Origin: Phoronis australis
Taxonomy: Eukaryota > Animalia > Phoronida
Assembly: GCA_002633005.1 (NCBI GenBank)
Contig: NMRA01000474.1
Coordinates: 186,001 to 250,000 of the forward strand
Length of the DNA: 64,000 nt
Reading direction: 5' to 3'
The notes under the pieces were generated by a model that was given only the letters and a program-made list of their open reading frames with translations, ran no database searches and had not been told where the DNA came from. Of this stretch, positions 27,801 to 38,899 are shown piece after piece. Position 1 is the stretch's first letter, and each line of letters begins with the position of its first letter. The position numbers and the translations under genes were made by a program.

Positions 27801-30800
27801 TGATACGGACAAAGTTGGAGAAAAACATTACATTAATAAATGAACAATGTTTTTATAAATGCCCGCAGGATTTAAGAAACGCAGCAGAGTCCCTATTTGG
27901 GTCTGTTTTGATACAGCTGGCCGCAGATTTTTTTATGCAGCAAAGTGTGGAAATAGATATCAATTTTGGTGATCAAACTTGTTTGATCTGAAATTTGTAA
28001 ATTTTCTACTAAAAAGGCAGTTCTAGACTCCAGCTCCTCCCTGGCCCTCAGAAACATTGTTATGCTCTGAGGGCCCATTTCAATGGCCTAGAGTTAAGTC
28101 TTGTTAAAGTTTCCAACTGTTATAGACTAGGCGAGCCTTGTTACTGTTACAGGAAGGCTGTGGCGTGGACTTCCAAGACAAAGATAAGATACTGACCTTG
28201 CAGGAGAAAGAAGACTTGAGGACGCGTGATTCACAGTACACCTGGGACACTACCTATCACCTGGCGGGGGCTACGCCCATGTCCTTTGCAGGTAAGACAC
28301 TGGCCATATCTGTTGATTCCCTCAGTACATGTCAAAAGTATTCAGACAGAATTCTTATCCTGATGGCGTCACTGTAGTTTTTCCTAATGACTGAGGATGA
28401 AGGGCGTGGCTATGTCATTGTGTTCTTAGGGTTTTGATGACTCGGTAATCATCGCCTGTCTGCAAACAAATTGGCCGTTATGATGAGGTTATGGTATTTT
28501 GTCGGGTTACTGTTGTGGTGCACTGTATTTTCTATATCTCCCTGCAGCTTACTTCACACGCATGAACCTGAATCAGCAGGCTCTCCCTCTGCGCTGTTAC
28601 TGTGTTGGAAGGAGGTACTCACCTCCACCAACAGATGGTGCTGGCAACAGGGATCTAGTGACTGCCATACAGGGAACCTCGGTAGGTCCTTTAAGATGGC
28701 TTTTGTACATGTTCACATTACGTTTTCACAATCAAGATAAATTGAATAAGAGTAATTATAACGACGGTAACGATGACGATGCTGGAAATTTTTTTATAGT
28801 GCTGGTTAGTAATTATTCATTTTAAACTATGCACTTGCGAGTTAAATTTACAGCTACTTTAATTGTCATTTGGCAATATTCTATCACTGGGTAGAACCAC
28901 TGTAACAAGGGTCCTACGTGTAGAAATGCATACAGGCAATTATTCCCTAGGAACATAAGCTCACAGACTCTCATGCTAATAAACTGCTTTCTGATGTCGA
29001 TGTAATCAGGTGTTAGAAAGAGGAGCAATTGGTCAGAGCTTAGAATTTTCCTCTTTCAAGAGGATTTCCCTTTTGATTTCTATTTCCTCTTATTTGATTT
29101 CTAGTCTCCTCTATTTTCACCTCTTTTTTATAATTATTGTGAGTTTATCCACCCAAAAAACGTTTCGGGTAGTTAAATTTTACAACACAAAAATATTTCT
29201 ATGACATGAGCCTATTTCTCTGTAGAATCATATGTCACCTAGAAATTTTCCTGTTTTTTGTCATTGGTCATTCGAAGCCCTGTCTGGTGTATTCTGGTTG
29301 GGCTTCAAAGACATGCTTTGCTCCATCCTGTAAGGTGGTGCTCAGTGTTGTTTGACTGTAAAAACGTAGCAGAAAACTCTGAATAATTTAGTCATATTAG
29401 GCTGCCTGTTTAGCACTTTATGAAAAACTGTTCGAAGTTGTCAGTGGGTGCGCTGCTTAAGCATGGACGCTTGCCCTCTACGACAGACTTCGGAAAATTG
29501 CAATAATCTTGAAACAGATGTTTCCAAAACTTATGAACATTCTGAGGAAGTCGGCAGTGGGGTATTATGTGACTTTTTTGAAATTTGAAAGAGCTAAATA
29601 ATCCTTTGATGGTTTACAAAAACGAGTTCAAAATTCTCTAGAGTGGGGTTGTCGTACCATTAGAAATACCAACATTCAGATCGCATAGACTCTTGTCCAT
29701 TTTATGACTCAATGCTCATGTACTGAATTCTGTTTTCAGTCTATGATGGGCAGTTTGAGAAATGACCCGTAGTTCACTAGCGTCATCTTGTGACCATTGA
29801 GCATTAAATTCATTATTGCATCTGTTTCAATTTTTTCTACGACTTTGGCAAAGTTGAACAAGCATCAATGCAATTACCCAATGATCAAGCCTTAAATATA
29901 TGTTGTTTTTTACCCCTTTGTTTCTCTAAGGTTCAGCTGTTTGGTGCCACGCTTACGTCTGATGACAGCCTGTCAATGTTAGAAGACTTTGCTTCACTGC
30001 TGTGGCAAATACACGTGGACTTGCTGGGCGCTGGTGTCCATCTCAGGTTTGTGGCGTTGAATAACGTTTAGCTTGAGTATTGCGTTTTTTTGAAAATCAC
30101 TGTTCTTCCAACGTGACGTTACGCCATCTTTCAAAAGCTCTGAGCCATGTTTGCATAACTCAGAGCAATGTTTGAAATTTTGAGCAATGTTTGAGAAATC
30201 TGACTTTCTCTGCATTATTAGACAAATGATCTGAGTAGTATTGCAGCGGTGTGGCGGAACTTTTGCTTTAAAGTGACTCTGAGATGCAATTGAAAATGAC
30301 GTGTTACGATTTCTGCGAATTAGGAGAAATGAAGTTTGAGATGAGGAAATAAGGCGTGCAGCTTAAGTGATGTTTGTGCTGAAGGATAGCCCTGTGTAAT
30401 GGTTCTCATTGTCACCATCTTGTGATTCAATATGCCACTCCTTATATATACAGAGTTTCCCTATCAAATTCCACTACAGTTGTTTCAAACTTGACACAGT
30501 GTAAGATTCAGGTAGACGTCTGAATAAAAAAATTATAGCAGGTGGTCTGGCACACACTGTGCCAGAAGTGCGCGGGCTGCCCAGGTGAGCCACTGCACTG
30601 ATCACCTGGAACCGCTTTTATACTTTGTTAATATGTGGTGTACACTGAGGAGCTAGACACCTGCATCTAAAAGTTTGCTGTGGTGTTACCTTAGACAGAG
30701 CACTGCAGTTATGAGCTGTTGCTCCTTGGTTGATTTCTGACCTATTTTTGAAATTTCATCAAAATTCTTCTCTTTCGTGTTGTCGATAACAGAAAGATGG

Positions 30801-32150
30801 ATTTGCCCTGCCAAAAACATGATTTATCTCTTCACGATATAAAGAGGTGGTGATGGATCGATCTTCAGGATATTGCGAGGCATTCCAAGTCTTAGTGATC
30901 TCAACATTTTGTACAATTTTTTTGCCTAGTGAGTTAAATGTGAGTTCTAACTTCTGGATGTAGTAACAAATCCTCAAAACGATGCATCTAAATCTCATTC
31001 ACGGTTCTTCTGAGAGAGAACAAAGACAACGTTTTGCCATTTTTTGTCTTGTTATTTTTCTAGGTTAATTAACGAACCCATTCATCATTTGGCAGTCAGT
31101 GAAATGGTCAGATGGTCATTACAAGCGTGGCTGCCTAGTATTGGCGAGTACTGTCAGGTGAGTCCTGCTGATCATTCAATGAACGTGAAAGGGTCAAAAG
31201 TGGTGCAATCTCAAGTTCACAGCGAACTACACACGAACCCTCATCCTGAACCGCAGAGGGAGAAATGGAGCGAATATACATAGTGCGAATATGCCAAAAC
31301 TAAGGACACGAGAGAATGGAATGCACAAACCAGAAATATACCGACAAGTAAACATGATAGCCCCGCGAGCACACGGCAATGACTGTGCAGACTAAGCGAA
31401 CATGCTTACCTGGCACACAGATCAGAATTTGAATGAATAGATCTGGTGGTTAAAACTCTTTTAAATGCCAGTTTGGCCTGACGTATCCTTGATGCGGCGG
31501 TACTTCCCATGGACAAGTGAAAAATGCATAAATTATTTTTTCCCGAAATTTGTGAGATTTTGCTTCTGTCTGCGTAGCTTACATTGATTCGTTTTGTTCT
31601 GTTGTAGTTGGCTAGTGTCTCCGCCTGTGGTGACTACATTAGCCGGAGACTCATGATGAAATGCTCTAGTGATGAGAAGACAACGGCAGGAGCGACGTAT
31701 TTGAACACGGTGAGTTCAATAAGACGACTGCAGTTTAGTCATGTTTTAACGTATGCTTCAGCCCTACTGCACAAAATGGACGAATCCTTACTCGTGTGGA
31801 ATTTTCTTAGGGTAACAGTTCACCTAGGTGATGAAAGGAAGAGTCGAACCCTTACTTCAGTGCCCCCTAGTGAAGTTTCCTGTGATGGGTGATTGATGAC
31901 ACTGTGACCTCTGTAGTTCTTCTGTTGACCACTGATGGGGTCATTGAGACAGGTTCTGGGCAGTTGACCATCAAACATTACTCAGATCCCCACATTACCC
32001 AGTGGCAGACATCTTTACTGTGTGAGAATCTGGTCTAATTTCCAGGTTCACGCCAGAATGCTGGATGTCCCAAAACTATTAGCTGTAATGGAAGAACACG
32101 GACCTCGTGATTGGCTACCAGAAAAGTGTGTAACCAGCGAGCTCGGCTGA
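18826..32150 (+). CDS. Slimp: Seryl-tRNA synthetase-like mitochondrial protein (SLIMP-like, catalytically degenerate SerRS2 paralogue), ~496 aa, 13 coding exons
   Basis: Exons: 18826-18835, 19860-20128, 21450-21557, 22323-22406, 22785-22859, 23971-24083, 27169-27310, 28153-28291, 28548-28681, 29931-30046, 31064-31157, 31608-31709, 32046-32150. All are GT-AG and phase-consistent, ending in TGA, with AATAAA at ~32209. SerRS-like segments: N-terminal coiled-coil arm, LPAELHPSTP, GYFLLGPLAEKELSLV...FTPF...VVEGCG, LPLRCYCVGRRY, QAWLPS, LASVSACGDYISRRL. The Arg-rich, acid-poor N-terminus resembles a mitochondrial presequence. The exact start exon is less certain. Confidence 0.85.
19279..19819. mobile_element. 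hAT-like MITE in a SLIMP intron (same family as 222-740 and 24140-24736)
   Basis: Termini CAGCACTC...GAGCACTG, imperfect 8-bp flanks GTAAAGGT / CTCAAGGT, repeated GGTCGCCAAA motifs. It ends 40 bp before the acceptor at 19860. Confidence 0.6.
21575..21850 (+). repeat. 21-bp minisatellite (GAAGTAAGTGATGTACGTGTA)n directly after a SLIMP splice donor
   Basis: Near-perfect units at 21600-21740 with degenerate units on both sides. It explains the TRTSLTS-repeat ORF 21549-21854. Confidence 0.9.
24140..24736. mobile_element. Third copy of the ~0.5-kb GGTCGCCAAA MITE family
   Basis: ATGCCAAATCGCATT.G.CGACCTGGCAAAA at the left and CAGGTCGCCAAACACTATCTGAGGTC...CCAAATCGAGC at the right match 19300-19819. 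Confidence 0.65.
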
Positions 32151-32800
32151 ATGAACCTTTCAACTCTGAAGTGTGCACTATGACACAGCAAGCAAAGTTA
32201 CCACGAGAAATAAAGATTCAAGATAGGGAAGACGGTAGAAAGTTGTGCTTGTCTGTTTTTACTTCAGACACCCATGGGCCGTGAATGTCTACCATCTTAA
32301 ATTTATACCGTCTTGAATTTGTGGTGGTGAGATTGATGAATGAAAGATGACAGCAGCTGCAGCGTCTCTTAGTAAATTGACACCTTCATTTCTTTCTAAA
32401 ATGATTTAAAAAAGGAACATGTCTGGCCTAAGCAAGTTTTGTTCTTGAGTTGTCAGTCGTACCAAGTGTGGACTGGGCTTGAATTGAGTTATAGCTGGTG
32501 AATAATATTCTACACAAGGGGTTTTAGCACGCAGGCACTTGGTCAAGGTTCTGCCAGCGTTGTTGATTCTGTTCTAGCAATTAGTCATAAGCATTTAGGG
32601 TAAGATGAGTCCCAGAACATCGCAGTAGGACCAGCAGCTTGGGTGCATTCTTTGAAGGCTGTTATTTAGCAAGTTTGAAATATCATGTTATTAGGGGACC
32701 TTGGGATCTCACTTGTGTGTGATCAGTCCTAGTCAATGTGCTCGAGCTTTTGGCTTTGGGGTATTTGGGGGTATTCAGGAAAGTGCGTGTGATATCTGTG

Positions 32801-32887
32801 TGTGTGTCTGGGTGTGTCTGGGTGTGTCTGGGTGTGTCTGGGTGTGTCTGGGTGTGTCTGGGTGTGTCTGGGTGTGTCTGGGTGTGT
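32801..32887 (+). repeat. 10-bp tandem repeat (GGTGTGTCTG)n
   Basis: About 8 perfect units seen directly. Confidence 0.95.
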
Positions 32888-34364
32888 ATGTTTGCCTTGG
32901 TATGTCATATTTAGAACACCATATTCACAGTCCAAAGTGTTAAGCTTGATCTGACTTGTCTTTATGCTTAAGCATTGACTTATGGAATTCTTTGAGTTAT
33001 TGCCATGTGAAACTCCAGCGATGTCTTTTCCTGCGTAACTCTGCGTGGGCAGTAACAAAACACGACTGACATCCTACAAGTCTAGGGTCAATAACTGCAA
33101 GACCATCCTTAAAATATTTTTTACACTTACTCCAAGATTCCTTGGTTTTCCGTTTTCAAAAACATTTGTTGTTCTGTCATGGTGGGCTTCACAGTTGAAA
33201 TTGTGCAGTGTTGACCTCCCTCTCATGATTGGCTCTTGATGTTGCAACATAGCTACAGTGTTCCAAAGGACTATTTTATCTTTTTAATGACACAGACTGC
33301 TTTCTCCTTTGGATGTAATTTGCACTTAAATTTTTTTTCGCCCTTACGAGCCTGAACTAGATATATCAAACTAGTTAAAGCTTTTATGAGGCATCTGCAG
33401 CTGGAAAATGGATCTGCCTGAAAGCCCACCTCTGTTCCCAAAGTCTGGGTTAGTGGTCTCAACAACACCAGAATTTTTTAATCGGAGAATAGTTTCTATT
33501 GAACACATGATACTCACTTATTGAATGAATATTGGGTTGTTCAGTTTGGTACGTTTTCTCACAGTGGGTTAAAACAAGCTTAAAAACTGGTGAAAATGTT
33601 GTGTGGTGCCCTTACCACATTATTCTAATATATTCTAATGTATTATAAGACAGCTTACCTAACTGGATACACACTGGTCCCTGACACAGCAAAACCACTT
33701 GAGGAACTAATGATGTGTGATATGAGTCTGTAAGGACTGCAGGATACGTCTCGTCTCTCGCGAGTCTCGAGTGCGAAGAACGAGTGAACCACATCATCCT
33801 TCCTAGCAGGTTCCATCTATTCTCCAATCAGAGCCATGATAGTAGAAAAGCGTGCGAACCTGACTATCCAATCAAACCTCATATAACATATGCACCCGTT
33901 CCCTGTAAAAATAGGAATAGGAATAGGAATAGTAAGGAGACGTGTCTAAGAAAACCTGTTGACTATGCACAGTTGTAACCTGGTGTTGTATGGTTTGAAA
34001 AGTGACACTGAGTGCATTGTACGCAAACGATGCAGTCTTCAGATTATAATTCATGCAATGCTTCAAGTGTATAATGAGCCACCAAGACACTGCAATGTAC
34101 TAGATTTCTCTTGTTACCACCACAACGCCAGTGTGAAATTGATAATGGGCACGCGTGTTCTTAGAGTTTAAAACAATACGAGGCTGGAGTTCGTTACCCT
34201 GTAGCGTTTTTGAGGGTAGCGGCCTTTAAGCATGTTTCTTGTTAACTCAATGTACTGTGCTTAGACTTAAAAACAATACAGGGATACTTGCGTTTGTCAC
34301 CCTGTATCGTTCTAAGCAGTTTTAATGTTAAAGCATGCATCTCATTCTGCCACCCGTTCAAATG

Positions 34365-34599
34365 CCATTCAAGAGTCTATTAAAATGCAAGCCGTTACAT
34401 GCTTGCAGCTCACTGTAATATATTACTACAATACATTATATCTAGTAACACTCTTCAACGAGTCCTACATGCGTGTTACAGAAAAGGCCATTTCATTTTG
34501 GGCTTGTTGAAAAGTGTTACAGTGTATAACGTATTGTAGTTATGAATTACTGTGACTTACAAGCATGCAACAGCTTGCATTTAATAGACTCTTGAATGG
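34365..34599. mobile_element. ~235-bp fold-back MITE inserted in a degenerate ~100-bp tandem array (~34150-34945)
   Basis: CCATTCAAGAGTCTATTAAAATGCAAGCCGTTACATGCTTG is mirrored by CAAGCATGCAACAGCTTGCATTTAATAGACTCTTGAATGG. Confidence 0.7.
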
Positions 34600-35746
34600 A
34601 GTTATGGCATTTGGAAAGGATTTTTCTATTCGCTGTATCACTCATAGACTTTAAAACGGTACGAGACTGGCGTTTGTCTTTCTGAGAGGTTATAACATTG
34701 CATTGTGTGTATCGTTCAACTCGTACTCTTTAAAACGATACATTAGGACAGATGCGTGTTTGTCATGCTGTATCGTTCTAAAGGGTTATAATGTTATAGC
34801 CCGCGTCTTGTTTACTCGCTGTAACGTTCTAGACTTTGAAAAGATACGAGACCCACGTCAGTTGTGCTGTATTACACTAAGGGGTTACAACATTTAAAGC
34901 GTTTGTTACGTTTTACTCGTATCGTTCTAGACTTTAAACGACACAGCAAGACTTGCCATAAGTCATTCTTGTTCACTGGTTAGTTTATGTCCCATTCACT
35001 GTCTATAAATTTCTGTAGACTATTGCAATCGCCATGCTGCATGGTTTTCAAATCATTCCCTTTTCTTGCTGCCAGGTGTAGAGCTGGCTACGATTAATTC
35101 TTGTTCAGCTGTTGGTTGATATCCCACCTACGGTTTATTAAGTCCTATAAAGTATTCCAATGGCCATGCTGTGAAGCTTCTCGAACCATTCCGTTTTTCT
35201 TCTTTACTGCGGAAGTACTGAGATTCACCTAATGCCTTTTTTTTGCTGTCAAAAGCGTGCTTCCACAAAGACTAATGAACAACTCTAAATCAATTCTTGT
35301 GAAATCAACACAATAATCTTATTTTGTGGTGTCATCTAGCGAAAAGTGTCTGTCACGGTTCCAGACCTGTTCTTTCAGCCTTCTACATGGTGCTCAGAAC
35401 TTCGATTCATGCGTCTTCATCACCGCCACCATCCAGTAACACTCTCATCACCTCTGTCTTGTTCCACCACGCTGACCAGTGTAGAGGTGACCATGAGTGA
35501 TTTTCTTTTAGTGTTCAGTGGTTGGTTGACATCCTACCATTGTCTGTGTAGTAGTGCAATCGCCATGCTGCCTGGCTTCTTGAAGCATTCCTTTGCTGTC
35601 CAGTGTAGAGCTGGCCATGAGCCATTCTTGTTCAGTGGTTGGTTTATGTCCCATCCGTTGTCTACAAAATTTTGTAGAGTAGTGCAATTGCCATCCTGCA
35701 CAGCTTCTCGAAGCATTCCCTTGCTGTGAGATGAAAATGAAAGTTG

Positions 35747-35900
35747 CTAGGCAACAGGTTTCCCAATTTTTTTTAATAGGAATTCCATGCTGTCAATTAT
35801 TACGCGAGTTGAGGGGTACTTTGTTTTGAAATCAGTTGGCATAAAGTGATCCACTAGCTGTTTCTGTGTCCAGATGTTACAGGCAATCCATATATAACGT
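35747..35900 (-). mobile_element. PIF/Harbinger (ISL2EU-like) DDE transposase fragment
   Basis: IWTQKQLVDHFMPTDFKTKYPSTRVIIDSMEF resembles the WP...MP..FK..FP..RVIIDxTE segment around the first catalytic Asp of DDE_Tnp_4 transposases. Confidence 0.7.
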
Positions 35901-36073
35901 TGATCAATGTTAAAAAAATGTTTGACACTAGTGAAACTCCGTGTTACCATTTCTCGTCAGGATCTTGCTTATTTGTGTAATGTTTTTAAATTTAGTGTCA
36001 AACTTTTTTAACATTATTTTATCAACTGACATTTCCTTTCCAAAACCTTCAATGCCATAGTCAGGGCAATTAA

Positions 36074-38392
36074 CTCTTAACATCCCACAAGGCATTCCCC
36101 TAGTAGTAGGTCTAAATCCCATAAGGTTTTAGGGAAATTCAGGATAAATAGGTAATCATAAGCAGTTCACAGGTTAAATATATCTTTTACAAGCAAATTA
36201 TCAATGCAATGACTTCTCAAAAGTCTATCAAAACAGTCATCTTTCTCCCGAAGGTCCAAGGTAGGCTGTGTTATGTAACAATCCAATCCAGTTAATTACA
36301 GATAAGTTTTAAAATGGACTGTTATGTTTTTGTTTTTGCAAATTCGTTTCAAACTAGTTGACGTAGTTATGAAACCTTGCAAAGCAACCGTTATCTTTGC
36401 AGAGAGCGAGAGCTCAAGTGGTACACTCCCATGATGTCTGAACACGCTTTCCAGACGATGTAAGGTCTCCCGACTTAGCACAAAACAAACAATTACGCTT
36501 CTCTTGTTTGGTGATGGTTTTTGTGGGTTCATGCTCTACATGCCGTTTCATTGCAGGAGGTGACTTGGGTAATACTAATTGCTTTCTTCTGCTGGAGAAC
36601 TGACCAATTAAAGCTCTGACTACATCCAGGTGGTAAGGTGCTGTCGCCACCTGGTGCCAGATAGTATAATATGAATGAATTCATTATGGCGACGTCACAG
36701 ATAAACCAAAAAATATACTTCCACCATTTCTTGGCTTTGTTAGCAATACCATAATAAGATCTGAGTTGGTCTGAGTTGTCCACACCATTATTGTTCTTGC
36801 TGTATTCTTGTATTGCAATTGGCATTGGGTACAATTGACATGGCTGTCCTCGTTCACCTGGACAGTCAAGTTGGATGTCGCCCACATTGTTAGCAGATGA
36901 CAAGACGCTTAACTTGCGTTTCTTTTCACACCACGCAAGAGCAAGAATTCCATCTTTCTGGTACTTCAAATGTTCACCAGTGTTTTTAAATTTAACAGAT
37001 TGCAATTCTTTTAAGTATTCCTTTTCTGTTGAGTCTGACACTACTGCATGAATAAGTGTTATTGTTGAGTAACGTTTGTACGAGGAGCAAGGAGGAGAAG
37101 TAATTGTCAATTAATATTGTTGTACAAGTTCCAAAACCACTCTTGTACTAACTGGAAGCTCAGAGACTGTACTGTCATCAATTTTGACTGTGTATATGTC
37201 TCGGCGTCACATATTGCCCGTGCTTTGATACCCCTCTTGCATGGCTTTGCAGGGATGTATTGAAGGAATGAATATCTTCCTTTGAATTTCACCATGGCTT
37301 CATCCACAGACAGTTTTTTTTGGGACTGTACTTGCAAGAAAAGTATTGTTTAGCATTATCTAAAATGGGTCTCACCTTGTGAAGTTTGTTGTGGCCAGGT
37401 GTTCCTCTTGGGGGGTTAATTTGTGAATCATTCAAATGAAAATTTTTGTCAGCTCTTCATATCTCTTTCTTGGCATAACTTTTGCTGTACATGTCTGGTG
37501 CAGTTCCTCTCTAGTACTCCAGTAACACCTATAGTTAGGCAACTGAACGACACCCATGATGAACAGCAGTGTTGTCAAATCAGATGCTTATAGGCAACGA
37601 CAGCCCTGGACTTCTGCGCCTTCTGCTGTCACGGGGATGGTCTGGGGAGAGGGTTAATGCACGGGCATATCCCCAAAAATCCTGTCCGTGACAGGTATTA
37701 CAGATATTACCCATGATGAATAAAATGCCAAGATAGGCCTTGATTTCATCAACTGTGGTTGGTGCGAATGCAGTATCCCCTTTCTGGCTGGCATACCTGT
37801 TAGTTTCCACGGCAATAAGTTCAAACAAATGAGGAGGGAACAACTGCAAAAAATAATCAAGTAGTGCAGCATCTAAATCCAAAGGAAATGTTGAACCAAC
37901 AAAACTTGTAAATGGGTGTCGACGCTCGTCTCTAATATCATCAATCCATTTTTGTTGCATCGTGAAAGGTAAGTCTTCTTTATCGCTATCGGCTGAATTG
38001 TTGTTGCTTAGGTTTCTTGTGTGTACAGACGACACAGGAATATCACTCTGATTGTTCTCAAAAACATCATATTTTGCTTCAAAAAAATTCTGAACGAACT
38101 GGCTAAACTCCGGATCACTGTCACTTCTTGGTTCGTCCATTTTGGTACAATGTCAACGCTCAAAAATTTAAAAAAATGTGCTTCAAACTGGGAAAAAACT
38201 GGCATGTCACAGTGTTTACATCTGCTATTAAAGAAAGTGTTTCATTTTACTATCTCCTTTACTAAAGAGCACCTATTGGGCTAAAAATAATCATTTGAAA
38301 GTGACTCACTGGCAACGAGTATTTTCAAGTGGACACGGGCGAAATGGAATTAAGCGCGCTGGGCGGTGTCTGATGGTAACGGATGTTAAGAG
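36074..38392 (-). mobile_element. Decayed piggyBac DNA transposon (PGBD4-like transposase pseudogene)
   Basis: Frameshifted ORFs carry the piggyBac motifs ELIAVETNRYA, EIKAYLGILFIMG, LSVDEAMVKFKGR...YIPAKP.K.GIK and YSKNNNGVDNSDQLRSYY...KKWWKYIF, plus a C-terminal Cys-rich tail. TIR CTCTTAACATCC (36074-85) / GGATGTTAAGAG (38381-92) is flanked by TTAA and TTCA. Confidence 0.9.
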
Positions 38393-38899
38393 TTCAGTTT
38401 AAAGAAAAATATTTTTGAGTAAGGGATCGGTGAAATTTGGTGTACACATTCCTTAAAAACTTGTAATTCCATGAGACAATTATAGTTCAATGTAGTAATA
38501 TTTCCAAAGGTCTTATCTTGTAATACGGTGCTCCTAATTCAGTGGTCGAGGGTTGAATCGTTGTTTGTTCAGTAGTAGTCAAAAATCCCCGCTTTTGTAT
38601 CGGCCGCAGAAGGGCTGCTGAATATCGTCGGCAGTCTCCAAGACGAACCACAGCCGTCTTTCGATGCCGACGGAGGGCGCGCGCGTCTGAAGGCCAGCGC
38701 AGCAGTGAGACATGTCGAATAATGTCTCACTACATCAAGAACCTCTCTTCTCTTGTCGACATCACCCCAGCTTGCATCAATACTCTCACCACCCCTGTCT
38801 TGTCCAGCCTTCCTGTCCGGTGTAGAAATGGCCACAAGTCATTCTTTCTGTTGTCGGTTGGCATTCCACCCATCATCTTCAAATTTCTGTAGAGTGGTG

